Of a stretch of DNA of 61,423 nt, positions 18,310 through 27,959 are shown piece after piece. The notes below the pieces were generated by a model. It ran no database searches and had not been told where the DNA came from. It saw only the letters and a program-made list of their open reading frames with translations. The stretch is from a virus (Duplodnaviria; Caudoviricetes): IMG/VR virus record IMGVR_UViG_3300037423_001240, positions 1 to 61,423 of that record; one strand, 5' to 3'. A program made the translations under genes and the position numbers. The stretch's first letter is position 1, and each line of letters starts with the position of its first letter.

Positions 18310-19515
18310 ATGCGCCGGTACCTCTTCAGCGGCAGCGGGACGCTGCGGGCCATCGAGTGCCCCGCGAGCATGGTGCTGCCGCAGAGCGATGACGCGGGCA
18401 GCGATGCGGCTGGCGCGGGGACGAACGTTCACGCGTTCATCGATCGCGCCGCGGATGTCGGGCGCGACGGCGCGCTGGCGGAGGTGTTCGCGACGGATCA
18501 GCGCGGGCGCGACATCGCGGAGGCGATCGACCTCGGGGCATTGCCCGTGGATCTCATGAGCGCCGAACGAGAGCTGGCGCTCGCATACGACGCGGGCACG
18601 AGAGTCGCGCGGCGTCTCGTTGACGGTGACGGGTCTCCGATCCTGAACCGCGAATACGAGCGCGCCGTGCCTCCGCTCGGCCCGCGCGAGATCCCGATGA
18701 CGCTCGACGCTGTGGAATGGACAGCGTTCGACGAGGTGACGGTTACCGACTGGAAGAGCGGGCAGCCGCATCCGGGGTACCGAGAGCAGGTCACGCTCGG
18801 CGTCCTCGCGGTACTCGCGCTACCTGAGGTGACGTTCCCGTGTCGCGCAGTCGGTCAGCTCGTCTACCTGCGTGGCGGCGTGAACGTCGATCGATGGGAC
18901 GTCACGAACGCCGACGTCGGGAACATGGCAGAGGCGGTAGCGAATGCCGTCGACACCGCCGAAGCCCTGCGCGGTCGCGTCGTGAGGCGCGACGACGTGA
19001 GCCCCGGCGAGCATTGCCGCTGGTGTAGCAGCCGTGATGCGTGTCCGGAATACGGGGACGTCGGCCGCGAACTCGCGACGATAGAACCCGCGTCGATGCT
19101 CGACGCGTTCCGTGCGCAGCTGAGCACGCCCGACGGCGCGGCGAATGCGGTGCTGCGGTTGCCGATCATCGAAGACGTCGTGGCGCAGATGCGTGCGGAG
19201 CTGGACGCGGCAGCGATGCGCAGTCCGATCGCACTTCCCGATGGGTCCAACTATGGCCCTGTGACAGAGCGTGGCGATCGGTACGTCAGCGACGTCGACG
19301 CGCTGCACGCGAAGCTCGCGGCTGCCGTCGGAGCAGACAAGGCAGACAGCGTGATGCCGATCGTCCCGGCGAAGCGGAAGGCATCCATCGGCGCCATCGA
19401 GAAGACGCTCGGTAAACCGGCGATGCGCGAACTCGAGGCGGCTGGACTTGTGAAGCGCGGTGCGGATGTGACGCGCGTGGGGATCGTGAAGAAGGCGAAA
19501 GGAAGGGCTGCGTAG
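18310..19515 (+). CDS. PD-(D/E)XK exonuclease (RecE/Cas4-like)
   Basis: CP..GTNVH, TLD..DWKSG..Q, PGEHCRWC..CP; adjacent to RecT-like gene. Confidence 0.8.
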   Translation: MRRYLFSGSGTLRAIECPASMVLPQSDDAGSDAAGAGTNVHAFIDRAADVGRDGALAEVFATDQRGRDIAEAIDLGALPVDLMSAERELALAYDAGTRVARRLVDGDGSPILNREYERAVPPLGPREIPMTLDAVEWTAFDEVTVTDWKSGQPHPGYREQVTLGVLAVLALPEVTFPCRAVGQLVYLRGGVNVDRWDVTNADVGNMAEAVANAVDTAEALRGRVVRRDDVSPGEHCRWCSSRDACPEYGDVGRELATIEPASMLDAFRAQLSTPDGAANAVLRLPIIEDVVAQMRAELDAAAMRSPIALPDGSNYGPVTERGDRYVSDVDALHAKLAAAVGADKADSVMPIVPAKRKASIGAIEKTLGKPAMRELEAAGLVKRGADVTRVGIVKKAKGRAA

Positions 19516-19962
19516 ATGGACGAGAAGACAAAGAGCGAGCTGAGAACGTTGGCAACGCGGATGTTGGTACTGCTCGATGGTGGGAGTGCGGGAGCAACGA
19601 CCGCCGCACCCCGATCGACTGCGGGTGCGGTCGCGGATGATCGCGAGTTGGACAGCGACAAAGGGGACCCGGTGATCCGTCGCGACCCGAAGCGATGGCA
19701 GGGACCGAGCTACGTCGGCAAGCACTACAGCGAGTGCCCCGCCGACTACCTACTCACCCTTGCCGACTTCAAGGAGTGGAGCGCGGCGAATCCTCGCCCC
19801 GACGCCGACCCGAAGTACGCCGACTACGACAGGAGGGACGCCGCGAGGGCGCGTGGGTGGGCGAAGCGGAACGCCAATGGGGTCAGGAGGAGTGGCGGTG
19901 GCGTGGACCGCGACGAGATCCCTGCCGGTGACTTCGGCGGCGTCGACTCCGATACGTTCTGA
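19516..19962 (+). CDS. Hypothetical protein with SSB-like acidic tail
   Basis: Ends ..GDFGGVDSDTF; follows the recombination genes. Confidence 0.6.
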   Translation: MDEKTKSELRTLATRMLVLLDGGSAGATTAAPRSTAGAVADDRELDSDKGDPVIRRDPKRWQGPSYVGKHYSECPADYLLTLADFKEWSAANPRPDADPKYADYDRRDAARARGWAKRNANGVRRSGGGVDRDEIPAGDFGGVDSDTF

Positions 19963-20053
19963 CTTCCGCTCTCCCACGAGACGGCGTGACCACCGTCCGA
20001 GCGGGTGTGAGGCCCGTGAAACACAAACGCGCTGCGATGGAAGGACGACGACG

Positions 20054-20422
20054 ATGCTGAGGATCTACGGGGCGAGCGACGACTTGGTGGAGATCGAAGG
20101 CGACCACAACGACGAGTTCGAAGAGGGCGACGTCATCATCATCGGACAACGCGAGGCGAGCGCTGGCGTCAGTGCGTACGGCGTTCAGGTTCGCATGACC
20201 TACGGGCTTGCGAAGTGGAACACGGGGGCGACGTGGGCGGCCGACATCGCACCGATGGACGACGGTGCAGAGATGCCGTGGCCCGTGACGGTGGGACTCG
20301 CCGAGCGCGGGTACTCCGCTCTCGTCGAAGTGGCGTGCCCTAAAGGGACGCCCGTTCTCGTGCTCCGCAAAGGGAAGCACGTGTGGCGCGATGGTAAGTG
20401 GCTGACGAAGGGCGACGAGTAA
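20054..20422 (+). CDS. Hypothetical phage protein
   Basis: IYGASDDLVEIEG start; RBS GGAAGG. Confidence 0.65.
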   Translation: MLRIYGASDDLVEIEGDHNDEFEEGDVIIIGQREASAGVSAYGVQVRMTYGLAKWNTGATWAADIAPMDDGAEMPWPVTVGLAERGYSALVEVACPKGTPVLVLRKGKHVWRDGKWLTKGDE

Positions 20423-20424
20423 CG

Positions 20425-20745
20425 ATGTTGCGCCCTCGCCCTAAGTGCCCCGTCTGCACGTTCCGCCCGTCGACTCGCGTCGAGCCACGAACACGCGCGA
20501 ACACGCTCGGCTGGTGCAGACACTGCCGCGAGATGCTGCGGCAGGCGGAAGAGCGCGGGTGGACGCGGTCCGCGTGGCTTGTGCACCTGCGCTCCAAGTG
20601 CACCGAGTGCCAAGGGAGTCGCGGCGTCGTGCACCCGGATACGAAGCCTGCCGATGTCTACCTCTGCGGCACGTGTCGGCATCGGGTGCATCGGGCGCGG
20701 AAGAGGGCAATGGCAGCGACGACAGCGACAGGAGTGGCGGCATGA
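20425..20745 (+). CDS. Hypothetical zinc-finger protein
   Basis: Four CxxC motifs. Confidence 0.55.
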   Translation: MLRPRPKCPVCTFRPSTRVEPRTRANTLGWCRHCREMLRQAEERGWTRSAWLVHLRSKCTECQGSRGVVHPDTKPADVYLCGTCRHRVHRARKRAMAATTATGVAA

Positions 20746-21287
20746 CCACCGCACCACTCGACCCCGACCGCAAAGGCGCACGCGCATGGCACGACGCGCC
20801 GACGTGTCCGAAGTGTGGCGGTCCCGGTGTCGGCTACGACATCATGACCGGCTGCCATATCGACCCCCCGCAACTGCGGTGCGCGGCGTGTGGTCACTAC
20901 TGGGACGCGTCGCCGGTGGAGCTGGCGAAAGCCGCGATGGCGGATGCCGCGTATCTGCGGCACGAGACCCGCGTCGAACGTGGCGGCTCGTGGGCGCCGA
21001 AACGAAGTGGCAAGCGCGCCGCCCCTAGTCCGTGGTTGCCCGGCATCGCGAAGCGGGTGGAAGCCGCTGACGAGAAGACGCTGGCGGCGTGTGGCGCGAA
21101 CCACATCCCCCTCGGCGCATCGATGGCGATCGCGTTGAGCGTGAGCGCTGGGGCGCGCGTCGAGTTTATTGCCGGTGGCGTGCTGGTCATCGGCGGAACG
21201 AAGCGCATCGATGAACTGATGCGCCCGACGGGTGCGACCGAGACGACGATCTGTAACCGCCGCGCGTGGTGTTGGACGAGAGGATGA
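20742..21287 (+). CDS. Hypothetical zinc-ribbon protein
   Basis: CPKCG..CAACG; coupled. Confidence 0.6.
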   Translation: MTTAPLDPDRKGARAWHDAPTCPKCGGPGVGYDIMTGCHIDPPQLRCAACGHYWDASPVELAKAAMADAAYLRHETRVERGGSWAPKRSGKRAAPSPWLPGIAKRVEAADEKTLAACGANHIPLGASMAIALSVSAGARVEFIAGGVLVIGGTKRIDELMRPTGATETTICNRRAWCWTRG

Positions 21288-22780
21288 CGATGGCAATGCG
21301 AAGCGAAGAGAACTCCTGTCTCACCGACCTATGCACTCGCGGCTTCAACCACTCTGGCCGCTGCGACCCATCCGCGATCGCTGCGGCGGACGAGAGGGCG
21401 AAGGGGAGTGAGGAGCGGTGGAGAGAAGGCGATGCCGAGTGCGTGCTGTACTGCGCACTCCCTTCGGGGCATGCAGGCGGTTGCGCGGACTCTACGACGG
21501 TGGCGGCGCGAGAGCGCGAGACGCGGGCAACCGCCTCCCTCACTGCCTCGCTGCGCCGGGTGACGGAGGAGCGGGACAACTGGAAGCTGCTCGCCGAGTA
21601 CGCCGACCACATGCGGCGATGCGCAGCCTACGACGCTGCCTTCGATGCCGAGGACACGTGCGACTGCGGGTTCACGGCTGCGTACGCCCGCACGGGAGGG
21701 TTTGTCATGACCGAGGAGGAGGCCGCCGAATGCTCCGTCACCCCTACCGCCACCCCGCCCCGCCCGATGCCGAGCGAAAGAGAAGAAGGCTGTGGCGGTG
21801 CAGACTGCGGCTCTGCGCAGCCGAGCACGTCACACGAATCGTGCCCGACTACCACCCATGGGGGCTCTACTCCATCGCCGTCATCTGCCGCGCCTGCGGA
21901 CGCGAGTGGTGCGAGTGAGTTTGCGACGTGGGACGTGAAGACCGCACGCGAAGCGGTCGACTCGCTTGCCGCCATCGCGCTGGAGGCTGACCCGAAACGC
22001 AAGGGCGTGCGATGGGCGATCGTGAAGAACGAGGCTACCCGCAACCGCTTCCGCTCCATCGCCCACGCCGTCGCGTCGGCGGTGCGGGAGAGCATCCCGA
22101 AGCCGTGCCCCTACACACGCTGCTACCCGCACGAGGACTTCGTGGGGATGGAGATGGAGCGCGATGCCGCCATCGCCGAGCGTGACCAAGCGCGTGGCGA
22201 AGCGGCTACGCTGCACGAGCGGGTGAAGGACAGGCATGCGGAGATCGCGATGCTGGAGCGCGAGCGCGACGAGCTGCGCACCTCACGCGACGCCGCCCTA
22301 GCCGACGCCGCCACGCAATCGCATCTCGCCGACGACTACTTCAAGGCGCGCGAGGCGATGAAGGTGGAGTTGGAGCGAGCAGAGCGCCAGCGCGACGAGT
22401 GGCACGACACGGCGCGCGACATCGCAGACATGTGGAGCCGGACCGCGACGCGGTTCCGCGATCTAGCTGACCTCGCCATGACCGAAGGGCTCGCCGAGTG
22501 CGAGCGGTTGCGGGCGAGTCTCGACGAATGGCATCGCTGGTACGGCGAGGCCTGCGTCGACAACCGCCGCCTCCGCAGGCGCACGAACGGGCTCACGAAG
22601 AAATCGAACCGGCTGCGGGCGAAGGTGATCGCGATGCGGAAGGCGCTGAACCACGTCGTGGACAACTACGACACGTGGCGCGCGAACAACCGGAGAGAGC
22701 CCGCGCCGCCGCCGTGGAAGCGGTCGGTCGACGTGGCGAAAACCGCGCTGACTTCGTGTGCTGACGCGGGGAAGAAATGA
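21284..22780 (+). CDS. Hypothetical mosaic protein with Cys/His modules and coiled coils
   Basis: Long ORF coupled at both ends; repeated ERD coiled-coil segments. Confidence 0.6.
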   Translation: MTMAMRSEENSCLTDLCTRGFNHSGRCDPSAIAAADERAKGSEERWREGDAECVLYCALPSGHAGGCADSTTVAARERETRATASLTASLRRVTEERDNWKLLAEYADHMRRCAAYDAAFDAEDTCDCGFTAAYARTGGFVMTEEEAAECSVTPTATPPRPMPSEREEGCGGADCGSAQPSTSHESCPTTTHGGSTPSPSSAAPADASGASEFATWDVKTAREAVDSLAAIALEADPKRKGVRWAIVKNEATRNRFRSIAHAVASAVRESIPKPCPYTRCYPHEDFVGMEMERDAAIAERDQARGEAATLHERVKDRHAEIAMLERERDELRTSRDAALADAATQSHLADDYFKAREAMKVELERAERQRDEWHDTARDIADMWSRTATRFRDLADLAMTEGLAECERLRASLDEWHRWYGEACVDNRRLRRRTNGLTKKSNRLRAKVIAMRKALNHVVDNYDTWRANNRREPAPPPWKRSVDVAKTALTSCADAGKK

Positions 22781-23072
22781 AGCGCCTCCGATACAGCGCG
22801 CGACGCGATGCAATCGACACGCGCAGGAGCGAGCTGCGCACGTTCCACGGCTACGCACGTTTCGGTCAAATGACATGGCCGCACTGGCGGGAGGAGTGGG
22901 ACGAGGTGATGCACCGAGTCCGCTATGGCGAACCGAGCAAGACCGACCTGTACGCGGTACTGGCCGTCGCAGAGTCGTACTTCGCGCTGATCGCGAAACC
23001 CGCACCGATGCGTGACGCGATCGTGGCGCGGGTGCGCGAGGCGGTGGAGATGAGTGCTGACGCGGGGAAGAA
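22758..23072 (+). repeat. 19-bp direct repeat GTGCTGACGCGGGGAAGAA (22758-22776, 23054-23072)
   Basis: Exact copies bracketing most of gene 22777-23085. Confidence 0.85.
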
Positions 23073-23085
23073 GGGAGCGAAGTAG
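22777..23085 (+). CDS. Hypothetical protein
   Basis: ATGA-coupled; bracketed by direct repeats. Confidence 0.6.
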   Translation: MKRLRYSARRDAIDTRRSELRTFHGYARFGQMTWPHWREEWDEVMHRVRYGEPSKTDLYAVLAVAESYFALIAKPAPMRDAIVARVREAVEMSADAGKKGAK

Positions 23086-23087
23086 CG

Positions 23088-23573
23088 ATGGACGACGATG
23101 CACTGATTAGGTTTTCGCGACTGTATGTTGTCTCTAAAGATAAGCACCCCACGCTCGGCACGCCATGCTGGTTGTGGACCAAACCGACGCCATACGGCTA
23201 CGGGCGATTTTCTGTGAATAACAGGATGCGAATGGCTCACCGCATTTCCTACGAGCACTTCGTCGGCCCGATCCCGAAAGGGCTTTTCATCGACCATCTA
23301 TGCAGAATGCGCGCATGTGTGAACCCGGGTCATCTTGAACCGGTGACGACCCTTGAAAACGCACGGCGCGGGGACGGCGGCAGCAACAACAGACGCAAGA
23401 CACATTGCACTCGTGGTCACGAATACAGCGACGAGAACACGCGGATCAAAAGGAACCTTAAGGACGGCTCTTTTGAACGTGTCTGCAAAGAATGCAGCAG
23501 TCTCTACGAGAAGATAAGAGTAGCCCGCAGGAGAGACGTGGCGCGACTCGCAGCAACAGAGTGTGCCCGATGA
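23088..23573 (+). CDS. HNH endonuclease
   Basis: CWLW..YGRF..AHR..DHLCR..CVNPGHLEPVT..EN; visibly lower GC than flanks. Confidence 0.9.
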   Translation: MDDDALIRFSRLYVVSKDKHPTLGTPCWLWTKPTPYGYGRFSVNNRMRMAHRISYEHFVGPIPKGLFIDHLCRMRACVNPGHLEPVTTLENARRGDGGSNNRRKTHCTRGHEYSDENTRIKRNLKDGSFERVCKECSSLYEKIRVARRRDVARLAATECAR

Positions 23574-24010
23574 GCGCGATCGACGAACTCAAGGCCCTTG
23601 AGGCGAGCGCTACGGCCGCCCCGTGGAAGGTCGCAGGCGTCTGCGCCGAGTGCACGTGCGGTAAGCCCGAGACGCACGGGAGCATCCAGGTCACCGACAA
23701 GCGCGGCATCTCGCGCAACGTGGTCGACGGCTTCCGATGCGCGAACGCGTCGAACGACGTGCAGCTGATCGCGCTCCTCCGCAACCGCGCCGCGGATCTG
23801 ATCGCGTTGGCGGAGGCGGTGAGGGAGTGGAAGGAGGCGGAGGACGCGCTTGATGCGGCCTTCAACAAGCTGCGCGACAGCGACGAAGGCGACGGGCACG
23901 AGGAGGTGGTGGCTAACCGCTGGCGGTGCGGCGACGCTGCGATCCGCGCGCGCACTGCGCTTCGTTCCGCTCTCGCTCGCGTGGACAACAACGGAGAGGG
24001 GGAGCGATGA
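23570..24010 (+). CDS. Hypothetical protein (Ead/Ea22-like pattern)
   Basis: LKALEASATAAPW..DVQLIALLRN..LIAL. Confidence 0.55.
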   Translation: MSAIDELKALEASATAAPWKVAGVCAECTCGKPETHGSIQVTDKRGISRNVVDGFRCANASNDVQLIALLRNRAADLIALAEAVREWKEAEDALDAAFNKLRDSDEGDGHEEVVANRWRCGDAAIRARTALRSALARVDNNGEGER

Positions 24011-24261
24011 AGACGAAGAAGTGCCAAGGCCCCGCAGGCCCCTACTGCGTGGCGCTCGACGAACGACTCAACGCGAACCCCGGCGGCTACGGCGTCGCGG
24101 GTATCTCGTCGTTCGTCGTGACGCATGTCGGGACGGGCGCACGTCGCACCGTCGGCGTTGTGCACCGTCTCACGAAGAAGGACGCGGGCCTGATGCTGAA
24201 TCACTGCCCGTGGTGCGGCGGAAACATCGAGCCGGAAGAGAAGAAGGCGGGTGCGCGATGA
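24007..24261 (+). CDS. Hypothetical zinc-binding protein
   Basis: NHCPWCG; coupled. Confidence 0.6.
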   Translation: MKTKKCQGPAGPYCVALDERLNANPGGYGVAGISSFVVTHVGTGARRTVGVVHRLTKKDAGLMLNHCPWCGGNIEPEEKKAGAR

Positions 24262-24737
24262 GCGAAGAGATGAAGTCCGAGACGTCAGTGCCGTGCGATT
24301 GCGGTTCGCCGTACTGCTCTGGATGGAAGCCCGCTGGCCCGCAGCGCTTCATTATTGCTCAGCACCTGGACGGCGAGTGCCCCGAGCGCCACATCGTGAC
24401 CGAACTCGGTGGCGGCCGATGGGTTGCGTACGAGGATCACGCGTCGACACAGATGGAGCGTGACGCCCTCGCGCACCGCCTCGCCCGCATCGCGGCGTGT
24501 GCGAAGGAACTCGTGGCGACGCTACCGAAGTGCGGGTGGTTCAGCGGCGCGAACGGCGAGGACACGGACGCCGACGAATGGGAGGAGTGTCACGAGGTCG
24601 CGACGCACACCGATTACGAGATGCGACGATGCGATAAGCACGCACCTAAGAATCGCGGCTATGGCGAGACGGACTACGCCGTACCGCTTCGGGCGCTCCT
24701 CGCTGCGCTCCACGACGACGGGGAGGCGGGGCGATGA
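24258..24737 (+). CDS. Hypothetical protein with CDCGS..HLDGECPER module
   Basis: Coupled; module shared with 28693-29139. Confidence 0.65.
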   Translation: MSEEMKSETSVPCDCGSPYCSGWKPAGPQRFIIAQHLDGECPERHIVTELGGGRWVAYEDHASTQMERDALAHRLARIAACAKELVATLPKCGWFSGANGEDTDADEWEECHEVATHTDYEMRRCDKHAPKNRGYGETDYAVPLRALLAALHDDGEAGR

Positions 24738-25006
24738 GCAAGCTGGACGAAATGGTCGCTCGCGTGGCGACGCTGCGCGCGCGAGATGCCGCGTTGTGCA
24801 CTACGCATCACGCCGCGTGCGCATGCCGTGAGGCAGCGATTTCGGCCAGCGTCGTGCAACTAACCGCGGACGTGGCGTCGATGCGCGCCGTAGTGGAGGC
24901 GGCGCAGCGCGCGGTCGACGCGATCGGAACGGACTACGTCGAAGACGAAGTCATTGCACTAAAGAAGGCGCTCGCTGCCATGCGTGCGACGGGTTCTCGA
25001 TCATGA
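24734..25006 (+). CDS. Hypothetical protein
   Basis: CTTHHAACACRE; coupled. Confidence 0.6.
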   Translation: MSKLDEMVARVATLRARDAALCTTHHAACACREAAISASVVQLTADVASMRAVVEAAQRAVDAIGTDYVEDEVIALKKALAAMRATGSRS

Positions 25007-25338
25007 GCATCTGCGCAACATGCGGCGCGAACAAGGACACCGTCGCGTGTCCGTGGTGTGAAGCGCTCGGGCCGTCGCCTCACCACACCATCGCGCGGCT
25101 GACGAGCGAGGTGGAGCGGCTGCGTACGGAGATCGACGCCCTGCGCGCGAAGGTCGCCGAAGAGCGGAAGCTCGTATGCGAGCGACGGGAGCGGATGTTC
25201 GCGGGCGGGAACGACGCTGTCGGGATGGTATTCACGTCGATGCGAACGGCGCTGGACCGCATCGTGAAGCTGGAGCCGGTGCCTAAGACGTGTTGGCGCG
25301 GGGAGCCTGTGGCGAGGAAGGAGAGCGAGGGCCGATGA
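25003..25338 (+). CDS. Hypothetical protein
   Basis: Two CxxC plus coiled coil; coupled. Confidence 0.6.
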   Translation: MSICATCGANKDTVACPWCEALGPSPHHTIARLTSEVERLRTEIDALRAKVAEERKLVCERRERMFAGGNDAVGMVFTSMRTALDRIVKLEPVPKTCWRGEPVARKESEGR

Positions 25339-25793
25339 GCGAAACACACGACGGCTGCCGTAACTGCTCGTGCGCGCCGCTGCCATGCGCGTGCGGGTGT
25401 CACGCGGCGAGTCAGTGGGTGCTCGCGTGCACCGACGAGTACAAGCGCGTCGGCGAGGACAATCTCGTTGCCTCACTGCGTGCCGAGATAGCGCGCATCA
25501 CCGCCGAGCGCGACGACGCGATGAAGGCCCGCGACCACTGGATCGAAGAGGCTGGCGTCAACGAGAAGTACGTGTGCGTCGAGTCCGATCGCGCACATGC
25601 GGCCGAGCGGGAGCTGCGCCTCGCGCGTGCCGTGGTCGATGCGGCGAGGGCGCTGATGGATGCGCCCGACGCCAGCGAGAAGAACTACGAGCGTAGCGAC
25701 TTGTGGACCGACGAGGAGCGTGCCGCCGCCGTCGTTCTTCTCGCCGCTCTGTCCGCCTACGACGCGGCGGCATCGGCGAAGGGTGGTGCGTGA
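25335..25793 (+). CDS. Hypothetical protein
   Basis: Cys-rich N-terminus plus coiled coil; coupled. Confidence 0.6.
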   Translation: MSETHDGCRNCSCAPLPCACGCHAASQWVLACTDEYKRVGEDNLVASLRAEIARITAERDDAMKARDHWIEEAGVNEKYVCVESDRAHAAERELRLARAVVDAARALMDAPDASEKNYERSDLWTDEERAAAVVLLAALSAYDAAASAKGGA

Positions 25794-26311
25794 TGCGGAA
25801 TCTAGCAGGCAATGCCGATTGCGATCGGTACATCCGTGATGAGCTGACGCGTTGCGGAATTGAGATCGTCGAAGGGGAACGTCAGCGCGGCGAAGTCCCC
25901 GCGCGCCTCTCTGGTCGCCTCGGCCCGTACACATTCACGCGCGCGTGGCGATACTGGGTCGTTGACGGTCTCGTGCCGCTCGCGACCGCACAGCGTCTCT
26001 ACGCGCATCCGGTGGGGCGCACGGACATCCGCGTCGCGGGCCACTGCGGGTGTCCGCCTCCTGAGCATCCGTGGCTCAAGTACATCGACGCTGACGGCGT
26101 GTCGATCGTGCATGACCCGACGGGCGAACAGGAGCGCGATCTGCTGCGTATGGCGGAGCGCATTCCGTCCGTCGCTGAGTCGCTGCGGACAGACCCGTTG
26201 CGGTTCGCGTTGGACGCGGCGTCGGTAGCCACTCACATCGGCGTCGACACGTATCACATCGACACCGAGCTAGGGCTCTACGTGTTCGCAGAAGAGGTGC
26301 GCCGTGGCTGA
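25793..26311 (+). CDS. Hypothetical phage protein
   Basis: F.RAW.YW..IRVAGHCGCP..YHID; coupled. Confidence 0.65.
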   Translation: MRNLAGNADCDRYIRDELTRCGIEIVEGERQRGEVPARLSGRLGPYTFTRAWRYWVVDGLVPLATAQRLYAHPVGRTDIRVAGHCGCPPPEHPWLKYIDADGVSIVHDPTGEQERDLLRMAERIPSVAESLRTDPLRFALDAASVATHIGVDTYHIDTELGLYVFAEEVRRG

Positions 26312-26603
26312 CCGAGACCGATTCAACGAGATGGCAGAGGCCGCGTTCACTTTCGACCCAAAGGCGCGGTTCACGATCCTCGGCCTGCGCGAGTACGCCA
26401 TGGGCGACGGCGAGACGTTCGCGACCGGGCACGAACTCGTGGCGCATCTGCGGAGGGTCTACGCCACCGCTCTCCGTGACGCGGTCGCTGCGGAACGCGA
26501 GGCGTGTGCCGCCATCGCCGACCAGTGCGCCAACGACGAGGGACCGCATTCGATCGGCGTGTGGGTGGCACAGCAGATTCGCGCGAGGGGTGGGGTGCGA
26601 TGA
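26304..26603 (+). CDS. Hypothetical protein
   Basis: RBS GAGGTG; AEREACA..IRARG phage motif. Confidence 0.6.
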   Translation: MADRDRFNEMAEAAFTFDPKARFTILGLREYAMGDGETFATGHELVAHLRRVYATALRDAVAAEREACAAIADQCANDEGPHSIGVWVAQQIRARGGVR

Positions 26604-26812
26604 GTGCGGCGGAAGAACTCGACACCCACGAAGCGCTCACGGTCGACGAAGTGGCGCACCTGCTGCGCGTCGATCGGAAGAGCGTCTACGCGATGATCCA
26701 GCGTCACGAACTCCCGGGCGTGCGTCGCATCGGAAAGGCTATCCGCATCTCGAGGACGGCTGTGGTAGCGTGGCTCCGCGACGGCCAGTCCGCCCCGCGC
26801 TCACGGAGGTAG
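26600..26812 (+). CDS. xis: Excisionase (winged HTH)
   Basis: LTVDEVAHLLRVDRKSVYAMI..RIGKAIRI; directly upstream of integrase. Confidence 0.85.
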   Translation: MSAAEELDTHEALTVDEVAHLLRVDRKSVYAMIQRHELPGVRRIGKAIRISRTAVVAWLRDGQSAPRSRR

Positions 26813-26816
26813 TCCG

Positions 26817-27959
26817 ATGAGCGTGCGATGGGTGACACAGAAGAACGGTAGCGGGGTCGAAGTCCGGTTCGTGATGGTCGACGTGACCTATCGCTACCCG
26901 GACGGGCGGACCGAGCGTGTGCGCAAGGCCACCGAGATCCAGAACCTACGCGCCGCGAAGCAGGAGGAGGCTACCATCCTCGCCGCGCTCGCGGCCGGCA
27001 CGTATTCGCGCGAACGGAAGCCCGCACCCGTTCATCTCGACACGACTGCGCCGACGCTCGCCGAGTTCTCGGTGACCTTCCTCGATACGTACGCACGCGT
27101 GAACAACAAGCCGAGCGAGGTGGAGTCGAAGGAATCGATCCTCGAAAATCACCTGCTGCCGCAGCTCGGGAAGCTCCCTCTCGACGCGATCACCGTCGAA
27201 GCCGTTGAGCGCTACAAGGCGAGTCGCATTGCGGTCGGGTGTGGGCCGAAGACGGTCAACAACCAGCTGGCCGTGCTGCGTCGAATGCTCACGCTTGCAG
27301 TCGAATGGAAGCGCATCCCATCGGCGCCGAAGGTCCGCGAGATGAAGGTGCCCGACGCGGACTTCCGGTTCCTCAGCTTCGACGAGACTGACCGATTGAT
27401 TGCGTCAGCAGGCGAATGGGCACCGATGATCGGGGTGACCGTGCGGACCGGGATGCGCATCGGGGAAACGCTTGCACTCCGGTGGTGCGACGTCGATCTC
27501 ACGACCGAGCGGATCACCGTGCGGCGGGCGGTCGCGCGGGGAAAGATCGGCACGCCGAAGGGCGGGCGGCCCCGCACCATCGATCTCAGCGACCAAGCCG
27601 TCTCCCTCCTGCGTTCCGTGAAGCATCTACGGCGCGGCGAAGACCTTGTGTTCCACGGTCCCGCAGGCCGGATGCTGACCCGTGGCGAGGTGAAGTGGCC
27701 GTTATGGTCGTCATGCGACCGCGCGAACATCGAGCGCATTGGCTGGCACGTGCTCCGCCACACGTTCGCGTCGCACCTCGCGATGCTTGGTGAGTCCCTC
27801 AAGGTGATTCAGGAGCTACTCGGGCACTCCGAGATGACGGAGACGATGCGCTACGCACATCTCTGTCCCTCCGTGAAGCGGTCGGCGGTGAAATCTCTCG
27901 ATGGCAAACAGGAGGCAAACGGCGGAACGCCGTTGCGGGCAGACAATGCAAGGAAGTAG
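26817..27959 (+). CDS. int: Tyrosine integrase
   Basis: TGMRIGE, K in PKGG, HVLRHTFAS, LGH, RYAH: catalytic R-K-H-R-H-Y. Confidence 0.95.
   Translation: MSVRWVTQKNGSGVEVRFVMVDVTYRYPDGRTERVRKATEIQNLRAAKQEEATILAALAAGTYSRERKPAPVHLDTTAPTLAEFSVTFLDTYARVNNKPSEVESKESILENHLLPQLGKLPLDAITVEAVERYKASRIAVGCGPKTVNNQLAVLRRMLTLAVEWKRIPSAPKVREMKVPDADFRFLSFDETDRLIASAGEWAPMIGVTVRTGMRIGETLALRWCDVDLTTERITVRRAVARGKIGTPKGGRPRTIDLSDQAVSLLRSVKHLRRGEDLVFHGPAGRMLTRGEVKWPLWSSCDRANIERIGWHVLRHTFASHLAMLGESLKVIQELLGHSEMTETMRYAHLCPSVKRSAVKSLDGKQEANGGTPLRADNARK

Noticed and set aside
18310-19515. Cas4 as part of a CRISPR system
   Set aside because: No other cas genes and no repeat-spacer array seen; adjacency to RecT indicates a recombination exonuclease.
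14625-26812. Recurrent KGGA/GGAR/EG C-terminal peptides as a protein motif
   Set aside because: Explained by the next gene's Shine-Dalgarno sequence embedded in overlapping gene ends.
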